64,000 nt of DNA from an uncultured Gemmatimonadota bacterium (GCA_902826615.1 CADEFN010000012.1:4521-68520); one strand, 5' to 3'; counted from the stretch's first letter, positions 25,935 through 35,006 are shown. Numbers and translations are program-made. The notes: a model not told the origin generated them from the sequence alone.

Positions 25935-27755
25935 ATGCGCGACGTAGGCTTCGTTGGAAGAATCGCACTGAAGGCTCAACCGCCAGTTGCGGTGGCGCTG
26001 TCTAAGCGCTCTGACTGGGACATCTCCGTGCGTCCTCCTGGCAGTGCCATCGCATATGACACGTCGTGCGTTATAGCCGAGACAGGAAATCGCAGAGGCG
26101 TTGTATGCGTCTACGGCTGCGTGTCGCAGGTGGACATCGCTCTCTTGGAAGACAAGCCGGACCTTGCGCCAGCCGTCATCGAAGCGTGTGCCTCTTGGCA
26201 GACCGAGTTTGCGCTTGCCTGCTGGGACTCGTTCCAAGGCCGCCTGATCCTTGCCAGAGACTCAGCCGGGGCGGTCCCTCTGTATTACCTGATCACAGAT
26301 TCAGAAATAGTGTTCAGCACCCAGTTCAAAGATCTTCTTCCATTTTCCCAGCAACAGATCGACGTGGCGCATCTCGCGACTTGCGCGGCCGCAGCTGAGG
26401 ACCTCGAACATACCTGCTACAAAGACATCAAGAAAGTGCCGCCAGGCTCATACGTTGACTCGCGCAGTGCGACCGGTCGTCCAGTCGCCTACTGGCACAT
26501 CGAGGCTATACCCGCAATAGGTGCAATCTCGGACCGCGAGTGTGAGTCTCGCACTGCAGCCCTAATTGAGCGCGCCGTGTCGCGACGTCTGAAGGGAACC
26601 GCCACCGGTTTCGCATTGAGCGGCGGCTGGGACTCGTCGTGCCTGCTAGCCGCTGCGTTGACTGTTGCCGACCCGTTACCCTTTCAATGCCCGACATACT
26701 CTTACGTCTACGACATCTCAAAAACATCCGACGAACGGCGCTATATTGAGGCCGCTGCGCAGCACTTCCACGTGAAGAATCGGCAGCTAGCAGAGTCAGA
26801 TTATCCGTTTCTCTCCGATTTAGCACCGGCGGCATCCTGGCTACTTCGGCCAACTCCGTCTCTGGCACAGTTCAGCATGCTTAGGGCGCACAGCCAAGCG
26901 TGCCATTCCGACGAGGTTGCGACCATCATCTCCGGATTCGGAGGAGATCAGTTGTTCTTGAGTGGTGATATCGCATTCCCTGTCGCAGCCTTAGGCCAGT
27001 GGCGCCGGCCTGTCGCGTCGGCTAGGCAGCTCATGCACTGGAGCGCCTATCTCAAGAAGAGCCTGCACGGCCTCGCCTTTGGCGCAGTCGCAGAATCGCG
27101 TTGGTTTGGTGGGCGCGTGCCTGCCGCAGGACGAGACTATCCAGAGTGGTTGAGCAGCAGCGCGAGTGCGTATCTGCACCAAATTGCCGCGACTGCCCGC
27201 CAGCGTGTGCGCCGGGTGGGCGTAGTTCAAGCCCGCCGAATCGAACTAGCGGAAAACGCCATTCGGATTGTTGCCGGTGGATACTCCCAAGATGCGCTCG
27301 CGCCATGTAGGGTTAGTTATCCATACTGTGACCGCGACGTGCTCGAGTTTCTGGTCGCGGTTCCTGCAACTCAGCTGCTCAGGCCCAAAGAATGGCGCTC
27401 TCTTCAGGCTCGAGTGTTTTCGAGCCGCCTGCCTAAGGCCGTTGCCTCCCGCACCGGGAAACGGGGGCCAGGCGAGGCAGTCGTTCGTGCGGTGGCGGCG
27501 GGGTGGACCACGTTGGAGAGATGGTTTCGTGATTCGCGCTGCAAAGACCTAGGACTCGTCGGCGATAAGTTTGACCAATATCTTATGACCGTTAAGCACG
27601 GAAATCAGCACTGGACTGGGCATTTGATGTGGATGATCGCCCTGGAGGCTTGGCTACGTCAGCATGAGTCTCACGAGCGTGAAGCATTGCTGCGCGCACC
27701 ACGTGCGCGCCAACGAGCGGTCGCGTCTAGCGCCGAGGAGGAGGTGAGAGCATGA
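25935..27755 (+). CDS. lasso peptide cyclase, C protein (asparagine synthetase B-like)
   Basis: 606 aa. LILARDSAGAVPLYY is followed by the ATP-pyrophosphatase loop FALSGGWDSSCLLAAAL (SGGxDS). There is no N-terminal Cys2 nucleophile, as in lasso cyclases. Confidence 0.85.
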   Translation: MRDVGFVGRIALKAQPPVAVALSKRSDWDISVRPPGSAIAYDTSCVIAETGNRRGVVCVYGCVSQVDIALLEDKPDLAPAVIEACASWQTEFALACWDSFQGRLILARDSAGAVPLYYLITDSEIVFSTQFKDLLPFSQQQIDVAHLATCAAAAEDLEHTCYKDIKKVPPGSYVDSRSATGRPVAYWHIEAIPAIGAISDRECESRTAALIERAVSRRLKGTATGFALSGGWDSSCLLAAALTVADPLPFQCPTYSYVYDISKTSDERRYIEAAAQHFHVKNRQLAESDYPFLSDLAPAASWLLRPTPSLAQFSMLRAHSQACHSDEVATIISGFGGDQLFLSGDIAFPVAALGQWRRPVASARQLMHWSAYLKKSLHGLAFGAVAESRWFGGRVPAAGRDYPEWLSSSASAYLHQIAATARQRVRRVGVVQARRIELAENAIRIVAGGYSQDALAPCRVSYPYCDRDVLEFLVAVPATQLLRPKEWRSLQARVFSSRLPKAVASRTGKRGPGEAVVRAVAAGWTTLERWFRDSRCKDLGLVGDKFDQYLMTVKHGNQHWTGHLMWMIALEAWLRQHESHEREALLRAPRARQRAVASSAEEEVRA

Positions 27756-27952
27756 AATCAATCGAGAATGGAAACGAAGCGCTGCAGGGTCAGTGGGCCG
27801 CGCCGTCGTGGGAGGCCCCGGAGCTGGTCGATCTCGGGAACGCTGTCGAGATCATCCAGGGTGGCGGCTCGTGCTGCCCCGATCACGACAACGGCTACAT
27901 CGGAGTGCCCTTCACGTCGTCGAATGACGACGAGTTCGCTGACGGCCAGTAG
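27752..27952 (+). CDS. putative lasso peptide precursor (A), 66 aa
   Basis: Sequence: MKSIENGNEALQGQWAAPSWEAPELVDLGNAVEIIQ / GGGSCCPDHDNGYIGVPFTSSNDDEFADGQ. The leader has the W/Y-x-x-P-x-L-x3-G motif. The core starts with Gly and has Asp at position 8. The start overlaps the cyclase stop (ATGA). A perfect hairpin follows the stop. Confidence 0.6.
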   Translation: MKSIENGNEALQGQWAAPSWEAPELVDLGNAVEIIQGGGSCCPDHDNGYIGVPFTSSNDDEFADGQ

Positions 27953-27968
27953 CTAGCGCACGAGTGTT

Positions 27969-27998
27969 GGGGAGGCAATCCGCAAGGATTGCCTCCCC
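27969..27998 (+). terminator. perfect 13-bp stem / 4-nt loop hairpin GGGGAGGCAATCC-GCAA-GGATTGCCTCCCC after the precursor gene (intra-operon attenuator candidate)
   Basis: Read directly, 17 nt after the precursor stop codon. There is no U-tract, so it is more likely a partial terminator or RNA-stability element. Confidence 0.4.
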
Positions 27999-28018
27999 AG
28001 CACAATCTCGAGGTGTCT

Positions 28019-28273
28019 ATGAGGCTTTCGCGGTCAGCGAGTTTAGTGTCCCATGAACGGGGTGCATTTGTGATGCAGACATCGTCGGGTAGATGCTACG
28101 GGATGAACCCGTCCGGAGCCCTCGTGCTTCATGCGCTACTAGAGAGCAACGGCAGCTCCGCGACAGTGGCAGACAGTCTGGCTGAGCAGCTGGGGCAAGA
28201 TCGCGACGAGATGCGTAGAATGGTGACGCAATACGAAGAAGAGTTGCGTCGCAAGGGAATTCTCGTCGACTAG
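28019..28273 (+). CDS. lasso peptide B1 protein (PqqD-like RiPP recognition element)
   Basis: 84 aa from ATG 28019. FVMQTSSGRCYGMNPSGALVLHALLESNGSSATVADSLAEQLGQDRDEMRRMVTQYEEELRRKGIL matches the PqqD-family pattern: beta strands, then a three-helix bundle. Confidence 0.7.
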   Translation: MRLSRSASLVSHERGAFVMQTSSGRCYGMNPSGALVLHALLESNGSSATVADSLAEQLGQDRDEMRRMVTQYEEELRRKGILVD

Positions 28274-28290
28274 AAGACATAAGCAAACCA

Positions 28291-30672
28291 GTGCCAACGC
28301 CCTCTGCCGAATTCGTCAGGTTATCGCTTAGTTTGCCACGGATGTCATGGAGCCGGTGGACTCGCCAACCACGGGAGTTCGCCCTGGCGCTGAGTCTAGT
28401 CGCGTTCGAGGCATTCGTTCTAAGTTACGCGCTCATCACCTTCGACTATGGGGTCAGAGCCCCAGTGCCAATTAGTAACGCGGAGCGCTATTTTAGCGTG
28501 TGGCTTCGGGACTCACAGCGGGGCACCTCGCGGGGCTCATTCTCGCAAGCTGAGGCGACGGCGGTGGACGGCGCCCTCCAAGGCATCGCCGACACCATTG
28601 CCACCAGTGTGTCGCGAAGCACCGTGTCGGTGGCCGGCAGCTCCGCGAGAATGGTGGTCGCTAGTCTAAGCGCCAGTGACGTTGCCGAACTCGCCATGCC
28701 AGGCATAGGGGCAGGGCAGTCGAGAACGGATGAGGCCGGAGCCGCCATTAACCTAAGCGCGGCCGCCGCAAAGCGGCTCGGAATCGATCGGTACAAGTCT
28801 AGTGGAAGTGTGCTGCGGGTGTCTGGTAAAGCGGTGGCGTTGAGCAACGTGTTTGACGACCGCTTTGGCTGGGCCGGGGCGGATGCCGTATTGGTGGCTG
28901 GAGCAAGCGAGCGGACGGGGCCCTACTCGCTCGTGGTGAAGCTGGCCGCGCCCCGGCAGGAATCGAGAGTCGCCCAGCAGGTTCTCTCGGGCGTCACGGC
29001 GTCCGGAACGCCGACGTCATCCTCTGCCCGAGTCGAACTGCAGCCGCTGGCAGACAGTCTGTATCCTGGCGCGCGAAAGTCATTCGCGGAGCTTGTGGCA
29101 CTCAGCGGGGCAGCGGCCGTGGCGTGTGTGCTGGGCCTCTTCGGAGTCGTCGTCGTGCGCGAGCGGCGGATGGCACCCTATGCCCACATTCAGCAGGCGA
29201 TCGGTCAGACGCCAAGAATTGCGCTATGTGAGCGGTTGGCGGACTACGCGCTTGTGTTCGGCGTGGGTGGGGCCATAGGCGTGGCGGCCAGCTACTTGAC
29301 CGGCGAAGCCTTGCAAGTAGTGCTGCCGAGGAACTTCCTGCCGAAGGGCGCGTTGATGCAGCTCGACAATAGCCACGTCTGGCGGCTCGCTCTAATGATT
29401 GCACTGTCTGCGTTGGTGGCGGCTTGTGTGGCGCACGCGCTGTCGTCTGCGGTCGCGAGCAGAACGCCAGTCGTTGCGGTGTTCGGGGAACGGGGTTTGC
29501 GACGAATACTGGGCGCGTCGGTGGTGCTCCAGGTTGCCGTAGCCACGTGCGTCTCCGTTCTGGCGAACTGGTATCGAACGGATCTAGTCGTCAGAGACCG
29601 AATGTACGACCAGGCGGAGTTGCGTGGCACATACGTAGCAGACTACGACAGCGCCCTCGGAACAAGATTGCTCTCTGCAGCCGAGGAAATCGAGCGGACT
29701 CTGTCTGAAAATGGCGTATCGGCCGTAGCTGCATTCACGGCTGGCGGGTTCCATCCACTAGACTTGGCGACGACGGGAGTGGCGTCGGCGCCCGGCGAAC
29801 AACCATTCAAGGAAGCGGCAGTTATTCAGATGACTCCGCACTATTTGAAGTCCAAGAATCTTCGGATACTACGTGGACGGGGGATCGAGACTGGCGATGA
29901 GCAATCGCGACGACAGGTCGCTCTGATTAGCCAAGCGCTAGCAAGAGAGATAGAAGTGGCGGGGCGATCTGCACTAGGTGCGCAGATCTTTCTCCCAGAG
30001 TTCGCACGGTTTAGAGCCGAGCTTGCGAGCGTGCCGTTCGAAGTGGTTGGGATAGTCGAAGACGCGTCATATTTCGGTTGCAAGGTGGCGTCGTGCCCGA
30101 CAGTGTACATACCATCAATGGTCCTGGCCGTGGCAAGGACTCTGGTACTCAGGGTGGGCAACGGTCACGGGCCGGTGGAGCAGCTTCAGGGCATCTTGGA
30201 GCCGACACTGCGCGGACAAGCGGCGCTAGAATCAGTCGCGAGCCGCGTAGCCATTCGGGTGACCGATCAAGCCAGAGCGAGGATGCGGCTGAGCCTCGCC
30301 GCAATGGCGCTGATGCTGGGAATGTCTGCGCTCAGCGTGTTTGCAGCGGCAGATGCGGCCGCCCAGCAGGCGATGCCTGAACAGGCGATGCGCTCTGCTC
30401 TGGGCGCGTCGCCTTGGAGCCTCGCCGCTCGATTTGGTCTCTCACGAGGAAGGTCGGTCGCATTAGGCACACTCGCTGGCATGGCGGGCGCTAGGCTGCT
30501 CGAGACGAGATTCCTTCCGGTAGACCAAGCGCTACGCGGCGGCGACTACGCCGCGGCGTGCTTGGTCATTGGGGCTGTGTCCGCCATGGCAATCGCGCCC
30601 ACGCTCAGGCGTGTGTGGGCTAGCGAACCCATGAGGATGCTAGACAGCGGGCAGGCACTGCGCCATGTCTGA
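28291..30672 (+). CDS. duplicated FtsX/MacB-type ABC transporter permease (793 aa)
   Basis: The topology is one TM helix, an extracytoplasmic domain of about 230 aa and three TM helices, repeated twice. This is the classic double-FtsX permease. No ATPase gene is adjacent. The GTG start lies 18 bp after B1. Confidence 0.65.
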   Translation: MPTPSAEFVRLSLSLPRMSWSRWTRQPREFALALSLVAFEAFVLSYALITFDYGVRAPVPISNAERYFSVWLRDSQRGTSRGSFSQAEATAVDGALQGIADTIATSVSRSTVSVAGSSARMVVASLSASDVAELAMPGIGAGQSRTDEAGAAINLSAAAAKRLGIDRYKSSGSVLRVSGKAVALSNVFDDRFGWAGADAVLVAGASERTGPYSLVVKLAAPRQESRVAQQVLSGVTASGTPTSSSARVELQPLADSLYPGARKSFAELVALSGAAAVACVLGLFGVVVVRERRMAPYAHIQQAIGQTPRIALCERLADYALVFGVGGAIGVAASYLTGEALQVVLPRNFLPKGALMQLDNSHVWRLALMIALSALVAACVAHALSSAVASRTPVVAVFGERGLRRILGASVVLQVAVATCVSVLANWYRTDLVVRDRMYDQAELRGTYVADYDSALGTRLLSAAEEIERTLSENGVSAVAAFTAGGFHPLDLATTGVASAPGEQPFKEAAVIQMTPHYLKSKNLRILRGRGIETGDEQSRRQVALISQALAREIEVAGRSALGAQIFLPEFARFRAELASVPFEVVGIVEDASYFGCKVASCPTVYIPSMVLAVARTLVLRVGNGHGPVEQLQGILEPTLRGQAALESVASRVAIRVTDQARARMRLSLAAMALMLGMSALSVFAAADAAAQQAMPEQAMRSALGASPWSLAARFGLSRGRSVALGTLAGMAGARLLETRFLPVDQALRGGDYAAACLVIGAVSAMAIAPTLRRVWASEPMRMLDSGQALRHV

Positions 30673-31858
30673 ACCTGCCAAGGGAGCGTCGACTCTCGGG
30701 GGAGTGCAGCCCGCGAGCGCGGATTGCACCGGGGACCGCCCTCAGCCACCGGGCAAAGGGAACGGCGCGGTAGGAGACGACCTCTTGGTCGGGCTCCCAA
30801 GCCTTTTGGCGTGGGGCACGTCCGGGGCAATCCTACAAGACGCCGAGCGCGTCTATGCGGAGTGGATGTGGCGGAAGCTGCGAGGGTGGGCAGAGCACCA
30901 CGGGAGGGAGCTTTGGGACGAGGTCGTTGCCCTGCCTGTAGAGAGCCAGCGTCGGCTGCTGTGCGCACCATCTACATTTCGTCTGTTGGGTATGTCCCCG
31001 GGTCTGCCGTCGCAAGCGGAAATCGGAGAGTTGAGACGGCGTGTAGCCGTTGAGAGATGGAGACTAGATCCAATACAGGCGCACGCGGAAGGATGGTCGG
31101 CGTTGGGCGACTGCCACGCTGTGGGTGGAGGTCATGAAGGGCCCGAGAGCGTCGGAGGCCCGCCGGAAGAGCAGATCCGCCGACGCCTCGTCGGGGCAGT
31201 CAGCCTGGATCTATGCAACCCCTATTCGATGAGCATGCCGGCGGGTGCCTGGGACGGTGGAGTGGGGTATCCCGAGTCGCGCTTGCCCGAATTGAACGCC
31301 GCCGTCGGTAGAGGGCTCGACTGCATCGCGCGCGCAAGCGGTACCGCACGCGCGCTTGTCGATGCAGGTGTGCGCGTCCTGCTCCCAAAAGAACTGCCGA
31401 ACGCTGGCCAGGCGACGCCTTCTGCGTCGTGGCGAGCGGCAATCGGGCTCGTTGCCATTGGCAATCCTCTTCGCGCAGAATGGTCTCCTCAAAGAATGGC
31501 TGATGCGCTCGTGCATGAAGCAATCCATCAGTTGCTTTACAAGGTGGAATTGCGCCAGCCGTTCTTCGTCGACATGGGCACCGCATCTCGCCTTGAGGTT
31601 GTGTCCCCATGGAGCGGGAGCACCTTGAAGCTCACGCAGTTCGCTCACGCGTGTCTCGTCTGGGCCGGGCTATGGCACCTCTGGCGGCGGTGGGAAGGAA
31701 AGGAGCCTGCGGTGGAACAACTCCGCAGGAGGGCGGCGGGCGGATTCGCAGGAGGAACACCGTTGAGCCTGCTCACCGTAGAGGCGCGGAGGGCGATTGA
31801 TCGCCGTGCCCTCGACGCGCTGGAGATGGTCTGCGAGTCAGTGGCGCAACGCGACTGA
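30665..31858 (+). CDS. HEXXH-motif domain protein (putative peptide-modifying enzyme)
   Basis: 397 aa. Motif: RMADALVHEAIHQLLYKVELRQPFF. It overlaps the permease gene by 8 nt and is the last gene of the lasso operon. Confidence 0.6.
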   Translation: MSEPAKGASTLGGVQPASADCTGDRPQPPGKGNGAVGDDLLVGLPSLLAWGTSGAILQDAERVYAEWMWRKLRGWAEHHGRELWDEVVALPVESQRRLLCAPSTFRLLGMSPGLPSQAEIGELRRRVAVERWRLDPIQAHAEGWSALGDCHAVGGGHEGPESVGGPPEEQIRRRLVGAVSLDLCNPYSMSMPAGAWDGGVGYPESRLPELNAAVGRGLDCIARASGTARALVDAGVRVLLPKELPNAGQATPSASWRAAIGLVAIGNPLRAEWSPQRMADALVHEAIHQLLYKVELRQPFFVDMGTASRLEVVSPWSGSTLKLTQFAHACLVWAGLWHLWRRWEGKEPAVEQLRRRAAGGFAGGTPLSLLTVEARRAIDRRALDALEMVCESVAQRD

Positions 31859-32346
31859 CCATGCGGACGAGCCTCTGCCTCGTCGTGGGCGCCGCAGTCG
31901 CGTCAGTGGACCATGTGGGGCAACTGAGGTCGCGGCCGGTCGCACAAAGGCATGGCGATTGTCTCTGTGTGGTGCGAAAAGTGCCGACAGGCAATTGTAG
32001 ACGAGAGCCTTGTGATGCTGGTCCGCCGTGACCTGAATGCCATGGAGCAACTATTGACTGCCGCGCGAGCTCAAGACTGGCCCGGCAGGCCGCCGTGCTG
32101 GCGCGCGTCTCAAGTGCGACGGCAGATGGGTGTCGGAGCGGCGTGGTCTGCGTGCGCGACCGAGCGCCTACAGCGTTAGGCGCCTCAGAGAAGTCAGCCT
32201 TGTATGCGGAAGGAGAGTGGCAAGTGCCCCCATTCGTGACAGACGGAGAGTGCGGCCTGGCGGGACAGGTGCAAGTAACGTGTCGGGGCGGGGCTGCTCA
32301 CCTTGGGCGAGGCCTGCGGCGCGTGAGTCTGCGCAGACGGGTTGAG

Positions 32347-32850
32347 ATGGCCGTCGGTATTGCGGCCTTTGTGTTGGCCCATGTGTCGGTAGGCGCTCAA
32401 AGCCAGGTGCCGGTCGATGCTGCGTCCAGCGGCGGACTGGTCTACCGCTCGCCGCTAGAACGCGAGTTGGCCGATGAGGTCATGTGCACGTGTGGCGGGT
32501 GCAACTTGCCAGCTGGAAGTTGTGGCATGATGAACTGCGAAGGAAAAGCGGCTCAACTGACGAAAGTGAAACGGCTCGTGTCGCAGGGCATGGGCAGAGA
32601 CGAGATACTCAAGGCGTTCGTTCGTGACGCTGGCGGACAGCACATTCTGGCTAGGCCACTAGACGATGGGTACCATCGACTTCTGTGGCTCGTTCCATAC
32701 GCGTTCGCAACGCTATCTGCTTTTGCATTGGCGTGGACGACGCGCAGATGGGCAGCGACGAAATCAACAGATGCGACTCGCGACCGGAACGCGGGGATAG
32801 ACGATGCCATTAGCGCCCGACTTGACGACGAACTCCACGACCTTGACTAG
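32347..32850 (+). CDS. CcmH/NrfF-like thiol-redox membrane protein
   Basis: 167 aa from ATG 32347. The track ORF 32095..32850 over-extends. The sequence has a signal peptide, the Cys cluster VMCTCGGCNLPAGSCGMMNCEGKA, GMGRDEILKAFVRDAGGQHILARP and a C-terminal TM helix, which is the CcmH layout. Confidence 0.5.
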   Translation: MAVGIAAFVLAHVSVGAQSQVPVDAASSGGLVYRSPLERELADEVMCTCGGCNLPAGSCGMMNCEGKAAQLTKVKRLVSQGMGRDEILKAFVRDAGGQHILARPLDDGYHRLLWLVPYAFATLSAFALAWTTRRWAATKSTDATRDRNAGIDDAISARLDDELHDLD

Positions 32851-32912
32851 CACAATGGTCAGGCGCCCGGTCAGGCGACTCCACTGCCAGCGCCGATACC
32901 GAAATCGAGTCA

Positions 32913-33413
32913 ATGACGACGCTTCGTGATATCGGCGAGGTCGCTATTAAGGTGATCGGGCTGTACTACGCGGGTCGAGTGCTGTCCCTGTATGTAGCGC
33001 TTATGCTGACGCCGTATCTGCTCTCTCCGCAGGCCTTTTCTGCGTCTGACCCCTTATTGGCTGCGAGTATTTCCTCAGCAGTCGGCAGTCTCGTCCTCGC
33101 GATCGTGGCGCTGAGTTCGTCAAGACGCGTGGCCGGGTGGACGTTCCCGGCCAAGGCGCTGAGTAGCGGCGGGAGCACGAAGGAGTGGCTGTTTGTTGGC
33201 ATAGCCGTCTTGGGTGCTTGGATTGCTGCGGATGCGACTGTTGGGATTCTTCGGTCTGCGGCCGCTTTTGTCTACTACAGTCAGACGGGATTGCCGCTAG
33301 CCTCTCTTGAGCGGTCAACGCCTCAAGTCGTCGCGAACGTCGTGACGGTTGTTGTCGGTGTCGTGCTTATGTCGAGGGCAAGGCGAGTCGCCCAGCGGCT
33401 TGATCGAAACTAG
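32913..33413 (+). CDS. membrane protein (166 aa, 4 TM)
   Basis: Four hydrophobic helices. No family was recognised. Confidence 0.5.
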   Translation: MTTLRDIGEVAIKVIGLYYAGRVLSLYVALMLTPYLLSPQAFSASDPLLAASISSAVGSLVLAIVALSSSRRVAGWTFPAKALSSGGSTKEWLFVGIAVLGAWIAADATVGILRSAAAFVYYSQTGLPLASLERSTPQVVANVVTVVVGVVLMSRARRVAQRLDRN

Positions 33414-33764
33414 CTAGTGGCGTGGCGGTTGTGGGTGGCCTAGCTCCGAGGCCCAGGGAATTGCGTCGGGAAGCCCTTGGGCACTTGGAAGCGCTACCCG
33501 CCGGCGGCTGTCCTTGGCGTGTCCCCCAGGTGGCCAGGGCCCTAGTGGAGTTGCGAGGCGTGCCGCAGCTGGCCACAACGTGACGCAATGCGATTGGCAG
33601 GCGACGAGGACCGCCAGTAGCGACGAGAGTACGGTCGTCCAGTCGACGCGTCGCGGACTATGGTGGCGGCTGAGCCTGAGCGCCCCGAGCGGTTCAGTTC
33701 GCGTGGCACGGCGGGCAGGCAAGGGGCACGCCGCAAGCGCGGCCAGTATCAACACGGCGACGGA

Positions 33765-34022
33765 TGACGTCCCCCCGATTCTGAGTAGCGTTTCGGTTTA
33801 GAGTCCGGCCTAGCGAAAGGGTCGGACGATGAAGAAGCGGTTCACGGAAGCACAGATCGTGGGGTTCCTGCGCGAGGCCGATGCCGGGATCCCGGTCAAG
33901 GACCTCTGTCGCAAGCACGGGTTCTCCGACGCGAGCTACTACCTCTGGCGCAGCAAGTTCGGCGGCATGAGCGTGTCGGACGCGAAGCGGCTGAAGGAGC
34001 TCGAGATCGAGAATGGCCGGCT
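33765..34022 (+). mobile_element. 5' fragment of an IS3-family (IS407-group-like) element: left inverted repeat plus the first ~64 codons of orfA
   Basis: TGACGTCCCCCCGATTCTGAGTAGCGTTTCGGTTTAGAGTCC is followed by orfA (33829...) that is nearly identical at DNA level to the orfA of the intact copy at 41110..42317. Identity ends after ...GAGAATGGCCGGCTG (~34022). The track ORF 33829..34044 is the truncated orfA. Confidence 0.75.
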
Positions 34023-34023
34023 G

Positions 34024-35006
34024 TTGACGCTCAGCCAGTCCTGACCATCCGTCCTCATTGAGCGTTGACTACGGCGGCGCAGCGTCAGGTGTCCGCGCTG
34101 GGCTTCATTCCTGGTCGGAATGGTCGGGAGCACCTGGTCGGTGCTCGGTGAGCAGAAACTCTCTCTCCTGTTCAGAATCTTCCGAGCGGCAACAATCCAG
34201 CGCGTCCTGCCGGTGGCGACGGTGGCCAGCGAGCGCTTCCAGGCATGGTTGCGAGCCAAGAACGCCCAAAGCTGAGAGGTCTACGTCGGCACGAACGCAA
34301 TGGCGCCCGGACAGCGGTCGAGGACGCGCGAAAGCGTGGCGTCTGTACGGCACGTGTGCCTCGATGCGGACGAGGCGGGGCAGCGGCTTCTGGCGGCTGT
34401 TGCAGCACTGCCCGACATCCCGCCGCCCTCCTACGTCCTGCGGACATCACCGGGCCGCGTTCGCGTGCTGTGGCGCGTGCAGGGACTCGACATACCGAGG
34501 TTGGGGGCGCTGCAGAAGCGCCTGGCCAACCAGCTCGGCGCCGATGTTGCAGCGACGTCGGCCGCGCAGCTCACCCGCCTTCCTGGATTCCTCAACCACA
34601 AGCGAAGAGAACCGTCCGCAGTGTCACTGCTCCTCGGCGCGCTGAGTCGAACCTATGCGGCCCGCGAGTTCCCTCAAATGAAGGGGTAGCGTCATTGCAC
34701 CGAAGCGGCCAAACGAACCGCGTAACCCGAGCCCGAACGTACCTGCTGTCAGTCCCGCCTGGGGTGGCGGGCGAGCACGGGCACACGCATACGTTCAGAA
34801 TGTGCTGCAGAGTCGTTCGCGGATTCGCGCTAAGCGAACACGACGCGCTGGCAGCGTTGGTTGAGTGGAACGAGCGCTGCGTGCCGCCTTGGCCGGCGTC
34901 GCATCTGGCGGCCAAGGTGCGAAACGCAGGGCGTTACGGCCGCGAGCCACTCGGCGCCCGCGTGCTCGAGCACGGCTGCGTGCCTACGTCACGGTATTGC
35001 GGCTAG
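34024..35006 (+). pseudogene. decayed RepB-type DNA primase / PriCT gene
   Basis: One frame reads ...RVLPVATVASERFQAWLRAKNAQS, then an in-frame TGA (34273-34275), then EVYVGTNAMAPGQRSRTRESVASVRHVCLDADEAG...YVLRTSPGRVRVLWRVQG...GADVAATSAAQLTRLPGFLNHKR. These are RepB-primase-like motifs. A PriCT-like segment FALSEHDALAALVEWNERCVPPWPASHLAAKVRNAGRYG lies in a different frame (34800..35006). The 5' end abuts the IS fragment. Confidence 0.5.
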
